64,000 nucleotides of DNA from Eledone cirrhosa (GCA_964016885.1 CAXHJY010001446.1:35403-99402); one strand, 5' to 3'; positions 25,993 through 43,849 are shown, counted from the first letter of the stretch. The notes: generated from the letters alone by a model not told the origin. Numbers and translations are program-made.

Positions 25993-27988
25993 ATAACTTT
26001 GAATAACTTTGAAATGTTTTGGCCAGTATTGGCCCAGGCCATGTCTAACTTAATAGCACCACCTGGCGAAGTCTTTCAATTCAGGATTTGGGCACCATGG
26101 CCCATTCGAGAAGAGAATTACTGTTTGCGGAGACATATCCGGGTGTGGGTGGTTTGTCCGGGATTACTTGGAGGAATTTGTCCAAAGACTTCTTGAATTT
26201 TGTGTGGTCAGTTTCTGTTTTGACGTGTCCTGGTGTGATGTTGAAGAGAGCAGGGCCGATTGAGGTGAAATAATTGTGCCGTATTGTTGTTATGAGTTGC
26301 GATTTAGATTTTTGAATGGGACGGATAGCACGGGGCCCAAGCCTTGGGTGTATCTTGAAGGCGATGCCAACATCATTTGGGCAGTGATGATGGAACATTT
26401 TCCACATCATGCAGATAATATAACGCTCACGGCGACGTTGGAGTGAGTAAAGTTTCAGGTTTTCCAATCGACCCCAGTAGTCAAGGTCTGACATGCCATC
26501 TATCTTTTTCGTGATTGCCCTTTGAGGAGCTTCAAGTTTCATGATACTTTGTTTCGTGTGGGGAGACCACAGTGGACAACAGTATTCAAGGTGTGGTCGG
26601 GCGAAAGTAGAGAAGAGAAGGATAATGGTGCGGGAATCTCTCGACTGGAAGGTTCTGAGGATCCAGGAACACATTCTGCGGGCCATGTCAACTTTGCTGC
26701 TTATATGCGTGGTCCAGCTTATGTTGCTGTCCACGGTTACTCCCAAGTCTCTGATGTTGTTAGATGCCACGAGAGTTTCCCCGGAGGGAAGGGAGTACGG
26801 GAGTTTCAGAGCATCCTCTTTTCCAAAGTGGATCAGTTCGAATTTGTCTTCGTTCAGTAACATGTTGTTCTTTTCTGCCCATTGGGTAACAGCCAGTAGG
26901 TCTGACTGAAGGCTTATCCGGTCATCCACGCCATTGATGACCTTTTGGAGCTTGGAATCATCAGCGAAAATTTTAATGTTGCTGTGTTTGATGATGTCAG
27001 TGATGTCATTAATATAGATGATGAAGAGAAGTGGGCCCAACACAGTGCCTTGTGGGACTCCACTACTGACTTTGGCTGGGCTTGATTTGACTCCCTCAAC
27101 TACAACATGTTGGGTTCTGTTTGACAGGAAGCTCTTGATCCACTGCAGCAGCTTTCCAGTGACACCAATATTGGACAGCTTTCTCAGTAGAATGTTATGA
27201 TCAACCCTGTCAAAGGCCTTGCTGAAATCAAGGTAGATAACATCAGTGTTGGAACCCTCTCCCAAGGCTCTCAAAATGTCATCAAAGTGATGCAGTAGTT
27301 GCGTCAGGCAATCCCTTCCATTACGGAATCCATGCTGGTTGGAGTTCAGCATATTGTTACTCTCAAGGAAGTGGGTCATTCGCGATCTCACCACTCGCTC
27401 AAATACCTTAATGATATGAGAGGTGAGTGAGATTGGACGGTAATTCACGGCAAGGGATTTGTTTCCCTTTTTGAAAACTGGGACAACAGACTGGGATAGA
27501 AGGTTTTCTGGCACATATCCAGCATCCAGTGAGTTCCGCCACAGATTGGCAAGAGGAGAAGCAAGTTGGTGTTGACACGCCTTCAAGACACAAGCAGGGA
27601 ACCTATCGGGACCTACTGCTGAATTATGCTTGATTTCCTTTATTGCCGCTAAGACATCAGGGGCGCCAAACGTTATGTCCGATAAGGTGTAATGGGGAGT
27701 AACATCGCCGATACAGCCCAGATCGGCCATATCAGGATTGCTGAAAACAGAGCAGTATTGTTTCTGCAGTATCTCACCCATGGTTTTAGCATTGTCTTGA
27801 AGAGTGCCATTTTCATCAATTAGAGGGCCAACAGTAGAGCCAGTGATTTTGTGTTTTTTTGCAAATGAAAAGAACACTTTGGGATTGAGTTTGATCTTCT
27901 CAATGGCCCAGGCCTCTTCAGCTCTTCTCTGATTGTTGATGAGGGACATTATGTTGTTTTGGAGGTTATGTTTTTTAATCTCTAGTGA
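25993..27988 (-). mobile_element. 5'-truncated CR1-type LINE with uninterrupted RT ORF
   Basis: ~635 stop-free codons: [85 protein letters not shown]. Short 3'UTR with a TTCAAAGTTA repeat tail. The N-terminal part of the listed 1055-aa ORF is microsatellite. Confidence 0.93.
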
Positions 27989-27995
27989 TATATAT

Positions 27996-28042
<47 letters not shown>

Positions 28043-28057
28043 CACATATATATATAT

Positions 28058-28096
<39 letters not shown>

Positions 28097-28119
28097 TATA
28101 TATATACATATATATATAT

Positions 28120-28156
<37 letters not shown>

Positions 28157-28181
28157 TATATATATATACATATATATATAT

Positions 28182-28268
<87 letters not shown>

Positions 28269-28457
28269 CATATATATATATAAACATATATATATATACA
28301 TATATATATATATAAACATATATATACATATATATATACATATATATATATACATATATATACATATATATATATACATATATATACATATATATACATA
28401 TATATATATACATATATATATATACATATACATATATATATATATACATATATATAC

Positions 28458-28502
<45 letters not shown>

Positions 28503-28707
28503 CATATATATATACATATATAAACATATATATACATATATATATACATATATATATATACATATATATACATATATATATATACATATATATACATATA
28601 TATACATATATATATATACATATATATATATACATATACATATATATATATATACATATATATACATATATATATATACATATATATATATACACATATA
28701 TATATAT

Positions 28708-28746
<39 letters not shown>

Positions 28747-28769
28747 TATATATATACATATATATATAT

Positions 28770-28806
<37 letters not shown>

Positions 28807-28831
28807 TATATATATATACATATATATATAT

Positions 28832-28872
<41 letters not shown>

Positions 28873-29122
28873 TATATATACATATATATACATATATATA
28901 TATACATATATATATATACATATATATATATACATATATATATATACATATATATATATACATATACATATATATATACATATATATATATACATATACA
29001 TATATATATACATATATATATATACATATATATATATACATATACATATATATATATACATATATATATATACATATACATATATATACATATACATATA
29101 TATATATATGTATATGTATATA
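27989..29122. repeat. (TA)n/TACA compound microsatellite
   Basis: Directly visible, with almost only C interruptions on the plus strand. Confidence 0.95.
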
Positions 29123-29125
29123 TCG

Positions 29126-29833
29126 ATCGAAACTAGTCCAATATTCCTGTCTGGCTCTCTGGAGAATAGAGGAAATGTGTTTCCTTGAAAACTCGTATGA
29201 CTCTAAAACCCGGTCCGTCTGTGTGGTTACATACAGACTAGCTGACACTCACTGTAAAGTGTCTAGTGAAAACTCAGTACATGTACATATGTATACATGT
29301 GTGTATTTATATGCATACTAATACTTCCGTATACATATGTAGATGTACACTTTAACTTAATTGTTTAAGCGTCAGTCATACAAAAGTGAGTTAGAAGCGA
29401 AACGAAATTTAATTTCGTTTCGTTATTTGTTTTTATCGTTTCCGCTGAACCGGTGCGTACAATGACTCACGTTCTATGCAAATTAGTCTACCCACTACTA
29501 ATTTTCATAGAAAAATCATATAACGATATGTGCTTTTACAATTCTCCAGAGAAGCCGGAAGATGGGTAAATATTGCTGATGAGATGTAATAACATCGAAA
29601 CTAGTCAAATATATTCCTGTCTGGCTCTCTGGAGAATAGAGGAAATGTGTTTCCTTGAAAACTCGTATGACTCTAAAACCCGGTCCGTCTGTGTGGTTAC
29701 ATACAGACTAGCTGACACTCACTGTAAAGTGTCTAGTGAAAAACTCAGTACATGTACATATGTATACATGTGTGTATTTATATGCATACTAATACTTCCG
29801 TATACATATGTAGATGTACACTTTAACTTAATT
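29126..29833 (+). mobile_element. Non-coding partial-tandem element with ~237-bp direct repeats and a hammerhead (retrozyme/PLE-like)
   Basis: Direct repeats 29126-29362 and 29594-29833, period ~468 nt, flanked by TA arrays. Confidence 0.7.
29570..29612 (+). ncRNA. Minimal type-I hammerhead ribozyme motif
   Basis: atattg-CTGATGA-gatgt aata acatc-GAAA-ctag-TC. GUC site, perfect 5-bp stem II, palindromic stem III. The upstream repeat copy has the matching stem-I partner caatat. Confidence 0.8.
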
Positions 29834-29867
29834 ATATATATATATATATATACATATATACATATAC

Positions 29868-29899
<32 letters not shown>

Positions 29900-29911
29900 A
29901 TATACATATAC

Positions 29912-29961
<50 letters not shown>

Positions 29962-29978
29962 ATAAATATATATATGTG

Positions 29979-30045
<67 letters not shown>

Positions 30046-30069
30046 ATGTATATATATATATATATATAT

Positions 30070-32748
30070 ACAAACTCAGTCTGTGACACACTGATAATAC
30101 ATATGAAGCAACTACAGACGGTAATATGTGTCACATATCGGCCGCCCGATGCCCCCAGTCATGAGGGTAAATTTGAGCATAGCCTAAGTAGGATAGAAGA
30201 GGTCCTTGACAAACTGGACCAGGGTCTCAACATCCTACTGCTGGGAGACTTCAACCTACCAAAGGTCAAATGGCCTGAGGGCCACCTCCTCCCTGGAGTG
30301 ACGTCAATAGAACAGAGACAGACGGAATCCCTGCTGGCCCTCACACACAGGCTGTTCATGGAGCAAGCAATACTCCTCCCAACAAGAGGCGAAAATGTCC
30401 TGGACCTCTGTTTTACAAACAACGAAGTGCTCATCCACAATGTAAAGGTGACACCAACAACTCTTTCGGATCATAACTTAGTAGAGCTAATGATATGTGG
30501 TTCAAGAGAACCAACAGAGACAAAACCACCAAGAAGCTCCGGGACACTATCCAACCTTAACTTCTACAAGGCTAACTGGAAAAAGATTAAGAGTGAAATC
30601 CGGAAGCAAACATGGAGTGAAAACACTGCCACACAAGACACTAACACACAATTTCAACACTTCATGACAACGATACACACCATATGCAAAAAGTGTGTCC
30701 CGGAGAAAGAGGCAAACAGACACAAAAATCTTATTCCCAGAGATAGGAAAATCCTTATGAGACGTAGAACTAAACTCTCAAACCAGTTGAATAGTCAACA
30801 AAACAAAGACAAGAAGGAATCCCATTTGAAACGTGCACTACTTGACACCGAGATTGCACTCAAACTTTCACATGAGAATGAGAGGGCAAAGAAAGAGAAC
30901 AGGGCCATAGAAAACATTAAAACAAACCCTAAGGCCTTCTTTAAATTTGCAAAAGAAACTGCCTCAGTACACTGCAAGATTGGACCACTCTTCCACATGG
31001 ACGGTTCATTAAGAAATGGCAACTACATCAAGAAATGGCAACCATCAACCACATAGACATAACGGAGGAGGATGTAGTGTACGCCATTGATGAAATTAGA
31101 ACAGACTCGGCTGCTGGACCTGATGGATTCCCAGCAGTTCTCCTAAAAATATGTAAGCGGGCCTTAGCAACTCCACTGAAGATGCTCTTCAGAAGCTCCT
31201 TGGCTAGCGGTGTACTACCCAGGGAGCTGAAAGAAGGCACAATATGCCCTATCCATAAAGGAGGTAGTAGAGCGGAGGCCAAGAACTATAAGCTAGTCTC
31301 CCTGACGTCGCATATCAGTAAGGTCATGGAGCGAGTCGTCAGAAAGAAACTAATCACTTTCCTCGAAGAAAATGACTGCCTGACTAGCACGCAACATGGC
31401 TTCCGCCCAGGAAGAAGCTGCCTTACACAGCTGCTACATCACTACGACTGGGTACTGAGACAACTACTAGACAGCTCACATGTGGACGTGATATATCTTG
31501 ACTTTGCGAAGGCCTTTGACAAGGTCAACCACGGAATGATATGTCACAAACTACACGGACTTGGCATAACTGGAAAAGTAGGTGAGTGGCTGCATGGCTT
31601 CCTAAGGGACAGAAGCCAGGCAGTCGCAGCAAATGGGGCCCTCTCAAAGGAAACACCAATAACAAGTGGGGTGCCCCAGGGGACAGTCCTGGGACCACTA
31701 CTGTTTTTGGTGGCTCTCTCGGACATGCCCTCTGTGGTGCATGCAACAACATCCCTCACTAGCTATGCTGATGACACTAAGGTAGCACAGGCAATCAAAA
31801 ACCCGGCTGACGCTGCCCTTTTACAGCAGGATCTGGATGCCATATACAGATGGGCGGAAGAAACAACATGCAGTTTAATGCTGGCAAATTCCAAGCCCTA
31901 CAATACAAACCTGCAAACGCAAATATAGTGGAACACAGCTACACAGGACCAGGAGGGACCGATATCCCCGTGTCAAAATCAATACGAGATCTGGGCATAG
32001 ACATGAGCGATGATGCATCTTTTTCTTCACACATCATGAAGGTGGCGACAACATGTAGACGATTCGCTGGCTGGATCTTGAGGACTTTCCTTACAAGAGA
32101 TCGAGACACCATGTTGACACTGTGGAGGACTTTTGTCCTAAGCCGCCTGGACTACTGCTCCCAGCTGTGGTCACCCCATAGTGTCAAACTAACCACGGAG
32201 CTTGAGGCAATCCAGCGAAGCTACACCAAGAGGATTGCCAAGATGAGGGAGACAAGCTACTGGGAGAGGCTGAAGGAACTGAACCTCTACTCCTTGGAGC
32301 GAAGACGGGAGAGATACGCAGTGATCTACATGTGGAAAATCCTGGAGGGACTAGCACCAAACATTGGCATTGGGAGCTGGACCAAGCGTCGAACAGGACG
32401 TCACTGTGTGGTGCCAAAGATCCCGTCTCCCACATCTAGAATAAGGAGCAGGTATTGCAATAGCCTGGGATTCAAGGGCCCTCAACTCTTCAACAGGTTG
32501 CCGAGGCATCTGAGAGACTTGCATGACGTGGAGGTGGATGTCTTTAAGAAACATCTCGACACCTTGTTATCCAGGATCCCGGATGAGCTCACAGCAAGAC
32601 ACGAGGGAAACCTAAGGGCAGCAGCAATAAACTCCCTCCTACACCAGTGGCCAACCTATACAGGCTGGAGATAAAATGTGTAGCAACAAGGGCGGTGCCC
32701 CAGCATGGCCTCAGCCGGATGGCTGAAACAGGTAAAAGAGTAAAAGAG

Positions 32749-32749
<1 letters not shown>
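30070..32749 (+). mobile_element. 5'-truncated, inactivated CR1-type LINE (APE endonuclease C-half plus RT)
   Basis: [29 protein letters not shown]; [35 protein letters not shown]. Deletion/frameshift at ~31015-31035 and a frameshift at ~31860. 3' end GGCGGTGCCCCAGCATGGCC...(GTAAAAGA)2. Confidence 0.93.
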
Positions 32750-33994
<1,245 letters not shown>

Positions 33995-34279
33995 TAGGAG
34001 GTGAGTTTTATTGTAGTACAATAAAGCAATGCAGATATCGGATAAGAAGCACTCTACAGTTTGTAGGACTGGAGTATGCATAATATAAGATCAAAAGATG
34101 GTTAAAGGAGTTATGTTGATTTAAAACTGCACTATCCACAAGTGTTTTTTAGCCTTCATATCATGTTCTCCTGTTTTATCTGATGAAAACACAAATATTA
34201 TTGCATGATGATGTTTGTTTTTGAAATGCGCATAATAAAATACATGGAACTCCTTTAACCATCTTTTGATCTTATATTA
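33995..34279. mobile_element. Fold-back pLTR-like element (family D): tail, 32-bp inverted repeats, hammerhead
   Basis: TAATATAAGATCAAAAGATGGTTAAAGGAGTT (34081-34112) is inverted at 34248-34279. The tail motif lies on the minus strand at 34048-34075. Confidence 0.7.
34172..34242 (+). ncRNA. Type-I hammerhead ribozyme motif
   Basis: tgttttat-CTGATGA-aaacacaaat...gtttgttttt-GAAA-tgcgca-TA-ataaaata. Palindromic stem III, AUA site. Confidence 0.75.
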
Positions 34280-36781
<2,502 letters not shown>

Positions 36782-36796
36782 CATATCATGTTCTCC

Positions 36797-36867
36797 TGTT
36801 TTATCTGATGAAAACACAAATATTATTGCATGATGATGTTTGTTTTTGAAATGCGCATAATAAAATA
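36797..36867 (+). ncRNA. Second identical family-D hammerhead (within direct repeat 36782-36902)
   Basis: Sequence matches 34157-34277. Confidence 0.75.
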
Positions 36868-36921
36868 CATGGAACTCCTTTAACCATCTTTTGATCTTAT
36901 ATATACATATATATATAAATG

Positions 36922-36971
<50 letters not shown>

Positions 36972-36977
36972 CACATA

Positions 36978-37027
<50 letters not shown>

Positions 37028-37140
37028 CATATATATACATATATATGTATATATATACATATACATATATAAATGAAGTATTTCCGTCGGAAAGGTCCAG
37101 GAAAAAAGAGTGCTCTATGTAGGTTACAGAGCTTATTCGT

Positions 37141-37260
37141 TATGTAATAAACAACATAAGATAATTACTTCATTTACCAGTGGATTCTTGAAAGCAAATT
37201 TGTTTACTTTCAAGAAACCACTGGTAAATGAAATAATTATCTTATGTTGTTTATTACATA
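37141..37260. repeat. Inverted repeat with 54-bp arms (probable pLTR fold-back)
   Basis: Arms 37141-37194 / 37207-37260. Contains GAAA-taatta-TC, resembling a hammerhead 3' half. Confidence 0.7.
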
Positions 37261-37999
37261 AATATATATATATATATTTATACATATATATATATATATA
37301 TAAGGAGTAATAACAAGTTATCGTTATAGGTAATCCATTTAGAGTTTGTGAATACTCCGTATTGTGGCTAGTTTTAGCGTACGGCGTTGTAAATAAAACC
37401 CTTCTTGTACCATGTTATTCTTCACTCTTTCACTATATATATATATAGACTCACACACAGAGACAGTGCGAGGGACAGACAGATAAAAATTTATTGATAG
37501 GTAAATCGAGAGAAGGATACAAGAAGAAGAAGCTTCTATCTGTCTTGACAAATTGGTTGGTTTAGTTGGCTAGTTATCAGAGCTCTTGCTGCTTCTCATA
37601 CGATTTTCACCGGAAAACTGCTAGATTGGAAATATATCAATATGTAGGAACAGTATTTACATCTGTATGTGCTAAACGGTTTGTTCCGTTGCTGAATTTT
37701 GTAGTCTGTGACACTTTAAGGGATAGACTGCAAACTATTGTGTTTGCATTTGAAGTAAAGTCAGATTAAATTCGTTCAAATTATATCTACAGTACATAGA
37801 AGACAGTTTAAAGAAAGTTTGATTACAACCACACAATACACAATAATTACTGGATTCGTGTTTTGTTAAGATACACCATGCACACATGTAAACAAACAAA
37901 CAATATATATATATATATATACAATGGTTTAAAGTGCCTAGCCGGTGTCTGGTTCGATTCCTTAAAGCGGACGATGGCAACTTGTTTTTCGACGTATTT

Positions 38000-38052
<53 letters not shown>

Positions 38053-38067
38053 TATGTGTGTGTGTCT

Positions 38068-38432
38068 GGTGGTAGCTAAGATGCTTCCATAGGCGGTATG
38101 CCGGTTGAGCACTCTATGCTCTTACAGAGCAGAGTATGATAGAATAGAAAACGAATAGAAAACGAAAAATCAGTGATGCATCTGAACTCAATTTATTGTG
38201 TGTTACAATTGTTTCGCCGGCGGACAGCTCGAGACGCGATCATTGTGTGGATCTGTCTGATTCTGGACGCGCAGGTTCGACGGACACGTCTAATGATTTC
38301 GGAGCATATTCTCTCACTCAGAGAGAATATGCTCCGAAATCATTAGACGTGTCCGTCTCGAGCTGTCCGCCGGCGGAACAATTGTAACGCACAATAAATT
38401 GACTTCAGATGCATCAATGATTTTTCGTTTTC

Positions 38433-38436
<4 letters not shown>
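38068..38436 (-). mobile_element. Nested fold-back pLTR-like element with tail
   Basis: Outer arms ~38155-38236 / 38355-38435 and inner arms 38279-38315 / 38321-38357. GAAA-caattg-TA followed by AATAAA. Tail motif at 38108-38135. Confidence 0.65.
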
Positions 38437-38492
<56 letters not shown>

Positions 38493-38494
<2 letters not shown>

Positions 38495-38920
38495 TAGCTG
38501 ATGTAGCCAGCTTCGCCCAGGTAAACAGATAAGGTGAATGGTTCCTCAGCCACCTGACTGTCAAATGTGTGCCATGGCATAGAAGTAGCGGCTCCACGTT
38601 TCTCAAAAGGATGAAGGAAGTTCCAATATTTTATATGAAACATTACAACGTCTACATTTTAATTATATCTCATTGTAATATTAAAGGAAATAAACTTCGT
38701 TTAGGGACACATCACTATGGTAAAGGACGTGCGTCTACATGTGAGAACACAGATACCTAAATATGGAATGTTACGCAATGGGCCCCTCCCCCCACAGCCC
38801 CGGCGGACAGGACGGCAAGGGAGACGCGCTGGAAAAGATTATATACAGAGAGATAATTGCACCGCTGGGTTAGAATCTGGCGGAGCTGGCGGTCGAATCT
38901 CCACCTCATATATATATAGA
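38493..38920 (-). mobile_element. Possible non-autonomous Helitron
   Basis: ACTAG followed by an imperfect GC hairpin (reverse of the Helitron 3' hairpin-CTAG), with TATATATAGA at the other end. Terminus shared with 39724. Confidence 0.45.
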
Positions 38921-39673
38921 GAGAGAAAACACAGGCGTTATAGTAACATTACCTTCCCCTTTCCCCTTCTTTGTTAAGGGAGGGGGCAGAGAAAGAAGGA
39001 AAGAGAGAGAAAAACTACTTGTGTCAGAAATATTACCTTCCCCTTCCCCCTTCTTTAACGAGAGAGAGAGAGAGAAGTGGTTGGTGTTAGAGAAATATTA
39101 CCTTCCCCTCTCCACTTACTTTGGTCAGTGAGACTGAAGGAACCACTGTTGCTATAGAAACCTTCCACGTGCCACAAGAAACCAGTTCCTGGCGGTTTCG
39201 TTCTGTCACCTGGCACCACCTCTTACACACTTGCCAGTATATAGAATATATTGTATATATTATATAGTGTATATTATACATTATTTATAATATATATATT
39301 GTATGTATAATATTTATTATAATATACAATATATATTTAAATAATATTTATTATATATTTTATATTATAAATACAATATATATTAGGTATATTATAAATA
39401 TAATACTTCAGGCAGGACCGGCTGGAAGACAAGTTTGACGAATTAGCCACCACGTGACCTTGCTAGGAATAAGTTGGCAAAGTAGAAGAAAATATATAGT
39501 ATATATTATAATGTACAATACACACACACACATTAAGGGTGAAAGCAACGATTCTTTGCTTAAACTTTAATCTGTTATTTTAATAATTATTTGCTCTAGG
39601 GTTCTTATATATTTGATATATATTTATCCTTATCGAGCCCTCTTTGGATTTTAGTCTTCACATTTTTTATTAT

Positions 39674-39723
<50 letters not shown>

Positions 39724-39725
<2 letters not shown>

Positions 39726-40000
39726 TAGCTGATGTACCCAGTTCCGCCTGGGTAACCATATAAGAGAAGACAGGTAGAAGAGAAAATAACTGTATTGGAT
39801 GTTTGTCTGGTTTACAGTATGATGTGTGACAAGATAAAAAACAGTAAAACACCTTCCAGATACACCAAATTCTTAGTTTTACTGTTAGTGGGTAATATAT
39901 GAACATTTCTAGGTGTTCTTACTCGTGAACAACCTACATATAACTGTCCATGGGTAAAAACCAATTCTGTCATATTCAATTCAGATTGACAGAGACAAAG

Positions 40001-40036
<36 letters not shown>
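39724..40036 (-). mobile_element. Possible non-autonomous Helitron
   Basis: ACTAGCTGATGTA-CCCAG ttccgc CTGGG hairpin near CTAG, in TA context. Confidence 0.5.
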
Positions 40037-40038
<2 letters not shown>

Positions 40039-40175
40039 GTTATATAGTAAGGTGTATTATTGGTTGTGTCAAACGGTCCAATAAACTTTTGTTAGCAATA
40101 TTAAGTTCTCCACGCTTTTGTATATCTCCAATTCCATTTATGGGAACAGCTAGATGATGTAAAACGGAGTATTTG

Positions 40176-40257
<82 letters not shown>

Positions 40258-40984
40258 GAGTGGTTAGAGAATTGGATTCGCAATCGTGAAGCTGTAAGTT
40301 CGATTCATGGACTGGACGATGCGTTATGTCCTTGAGCAGTTTATAATACGGTTTTATATTATGTGTTTCGTACGTAGGCTGGTGTTTCTCATGATTCTGA
40401 GTAACATAAAATGTTAGCAAACGCCATTAAAAACCACTTTACCTCGAGGAAAAATTAGGAAGATCTAAAACACCTATGATGGGTCTAAAAGCTTTATTGT
40501 TCCGAGCAAAATATAGATTTATACGGAAGTATATAAAGTCCTTCATAAAAATCATATACATTCGTAATATATCTCTATATAAAAGAACATTTGATTTCCT
40601 TATACACATATCTATCTACCCACTCCCTCTCTCCTCTCTTTCTCTATATATCTACCTAACAATTCTCTCTCGCTCTCTCTCCCTCCCTCCCCCTCTATAT
40701 ATATATATATATATAATACACAGAGATAAATAGATAGATATATCGTTATACTTTAGGAGTGTTATGCTGTCAAAGAATAAATATATGTTTCAATACATGA
40801 AAGATATTTTAAAAAGAAGGGTGTATCTATACACACACACACATTATATATATACATATATAAAATATTAGTAGTAGTAGTACAGATTAAAGCTTAAGCA
40901 AAGAATCGCTGCTTTCACCCTTTTCTGGGATCTTATCGAGCCCTCTTTGGATTTTGGTCTTCATAATTATTACTACTACTACTA

Positions 40985-41040
<56 letters not shown>

Positions 41041-41044
<4 letters not shown>

Positions 41045-41209
41045 AAACAGTATGACCCCGACGGCAGAGCTCAAGTCCAGAAATAGCCGTCGAAACGGCT
41101 TGAGCTCTGCCGTCGGGTCATACTTTTTCCTATTCCCACTCTACTACCCTAAGTATTGAGTACTCTGGTGCGTTATGGTCCATCTGGTTCCTTACCACAA
41201 TTCCTTTGT

Positions 41210-41210
<1 letters not shown>
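41041..41210 (+). mobile_element. Family A pLTR-like element with short 5' inversion
   Basis: 41041-41075 is inverted relative to 41099-41132, followed by the tail. Confidence 0.7.
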
Positions 41211-41240
<30 letters not shown>

Positions 41241-41311
41241 CATGAGAAGAAAGAAGAATACTGCGTGGTTGCACATGGGTTACATATGATTAAAATAGTC
41301 CTTCGTCAGTG

Positions 41312-41344
<33 letters not shown>

Positions 41345-42006
41345 AAAATGTTTTGAACTGAAACGTTGCGTGACAATTGCACCTGATATGAAATCCATGA
41401 TATATTGATATGCTCTGTTGAACTTAAGTGAAACAGTAGGCAGGAATTAAGACGGACGTGTAATAATGTGACTAAGGTTCTACACGGTCGTTTGACTTAC
41501 TACAACAAACAACTATACCTCCATAAAACAAAACATCCCAGCGTCTGACCTGGGTTTCAACAACATGGATATTAACATTTACACCAACACTAACATCCCT
41601 GAGGCATTGGCAGAAAATGTTAAAAAGCTGAAAAGGCAACAAGAAATATCAAACTAATTATACAAGATTTTAACTATTTCTTCAGCAACACCACGAGACT
41701 GAAGAATTAAATCCATTACAGAAATTTCCATCATAGAATGAGAATATTTAACTCGCCTCGGGGTTATCTTTTGAAACAGTTATCATAGGGTCTCATATAA
41801 GTAAGACACTAACGTGTTTGGATTAAATATATACAAACAGCTCCCCTGGGATATTTTCACTCAATCTTATAGCCATACTGTTGAAACAATTGTGGATTTG
41901 TTTCCACTAGACAAGGATAAGGCTTGTTGACAGCACTCTTGGGGAAATATTTATAAGACGTGTGAGCGGAGAGCTTAGACTGCTGAGTATGTGTACGGCT
42001 TTTTGG

Positions 42007-42052
<46 letters not shown>

Positions 42053-42474
42053 CACTCACATATACACACACACCCATATATATATATGCATTTAGGTTTA
42101 AAAAAAGAAAGTGTAAGAGACACATAGTATGGAAGCTGACAGTTTCTAGAGATTTATCCAAGATACAACCTTTTATGTATTACATGATAGAAGTAGAATA
42201 TTTATTCTAGACGGAGCGCGAGGGATTGATATATATATACACACGTAAATAAAACCTTTATTGCTACAATCAGTCAACAAACCCTCAGCAAACCGAACAC
42301 CAACCTGTTCTCATAACTCCTACCAAAACAAACCGTGCTAACCTTCGAAATTCGGCAAATCAAACACAGACCACCCGTCTTCCAAATATATTTATATATA
42401 GAAGTTAGTTCCACAACAGTAAATAATATTTATATGAAATACGTATATTTGGCATGTTTATATGTATATATGCT

Positions 42475-42555
<81 letters not shown>

Positions 42556-42594
42556 TATATATGTAAATTTCTTTCATTCTACATGGTTGAATAC

Positions 42595-42730
42595 AATAAA
42601 TGTAATCTGAGTTTTTCGAATATTAATAATAATATTCGATTCGTTTGCAAATGAAGCTTGTTTGTATAATTGCAAACGAATCGAATCGAATATTATTATT
42701 AATATTCGAAAAACTCAGATTACATTTATT
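42595..42730. repeat. Inverted repeat with ~55-bp arms
   Basis: AATAAATGTAATCTGAGTTTTTCGAATATT... / ...AATATTCGAAAAACTCAGATTACATTTATT. Confidence 0.75.
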
Positions 42731-43096
42731 ATATATATGTATATATATAAATTCAAAATATTAACAAATATAGACATTCATGTGATCAAGTATATTTTAT
42801 TATACATATTCCAGAGGTACTGAGCTATTTCAACAGTACGTCCCCATCAGATAATATATATATATATATTTACGCAGTTTTAGTTGCTTCTATATTTTCT
42901 CTATACAGATAAAAATTCGTCATACACTACGGTTGCTTATATATATATATCATCATCATCATCCAGTTTTTTTATGTAGGACACAATCCCTAAGTAAGGG
43001 TGGGTTCTGCCTCACAACGCTCCTTGGCTCTTAACTTTTGAAAACCATGAAGAGTTATAAAGTTATTGTAAATAGTGGGATATATTGAATAAACAT

Positions 43097-43240
43097 TGAC
43101 GTATAGAGTTACGGCCCTTGCCATTCTGAGTTCAAATCCCGCCGAGGTTAACTTTGCCTTTCATCCTTACGGGGTCGATAAAATAAAGTACCAGTAATGT
43201 ACTGGTAATTGCTGGCCTTGTGCATAATATAGAAACAATT
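43097..43240 (+). mobile_element. 5'-truncated Nin/Deu-like SINE
   Basis: Matches 19125-19304. Confidence 0.75.
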
Positions 43241-43415
43241 ATTTTGAATATATATATATATGTATATATATATTAAACAAATCGAGTATTTAAAGCATCC
43301 TCGAAAGTTTCCGAACTAACCACCAACTTTGCTGAAACATCATAGGTATATTTAAAAAAAATAAGTATTGAGGCCTGATTACGTTGTGGACTAACAAGAT
43401 CACTAGATATGAACA

Positions 43416-43497
<82 letters not shown>

Positions 43498-43747
43498 ATG
43501 TATAGTTAAATAAATAAAGTCTATGAGTAGTGTACAAATGGGATGCAAAGATAAGTGATCTGGCACGAAAAATTGAAGAATGTCATAGAAATCTTTATAA
43601 AAAGACCGTATACTCTAAACATGAACCAGAAATAGATTTGGCAAGAAAAATATGTAAACAAGTCAACAGAAATAAAGTAAAAATAAATATTAAAAGAACA
43701 GAGGTTACATTTTACATCATTCAAAATAAATTTAGTGTGCATGTATG

Positions 43748-43788
<41 letters not shown>

Positions 43789-43849
43789 GTTTATATATGT
43801 ATATATATGTTTATATATGTATATATATGTTTATATATGTATATATATG

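Noticed and set aside
26081-29248. 1055-aa RT fusion protein with a repetitive N-terminus
   Set aside because: The N-terminal ~420 aa is microsatellite read-through into a truncated LINE.
43530-43735. Lys-rich open stretch [18 protein letters not shown]...
   Set aside because: No motif recognised and the ORF runs into a TA array. Possibly a TE fragment.
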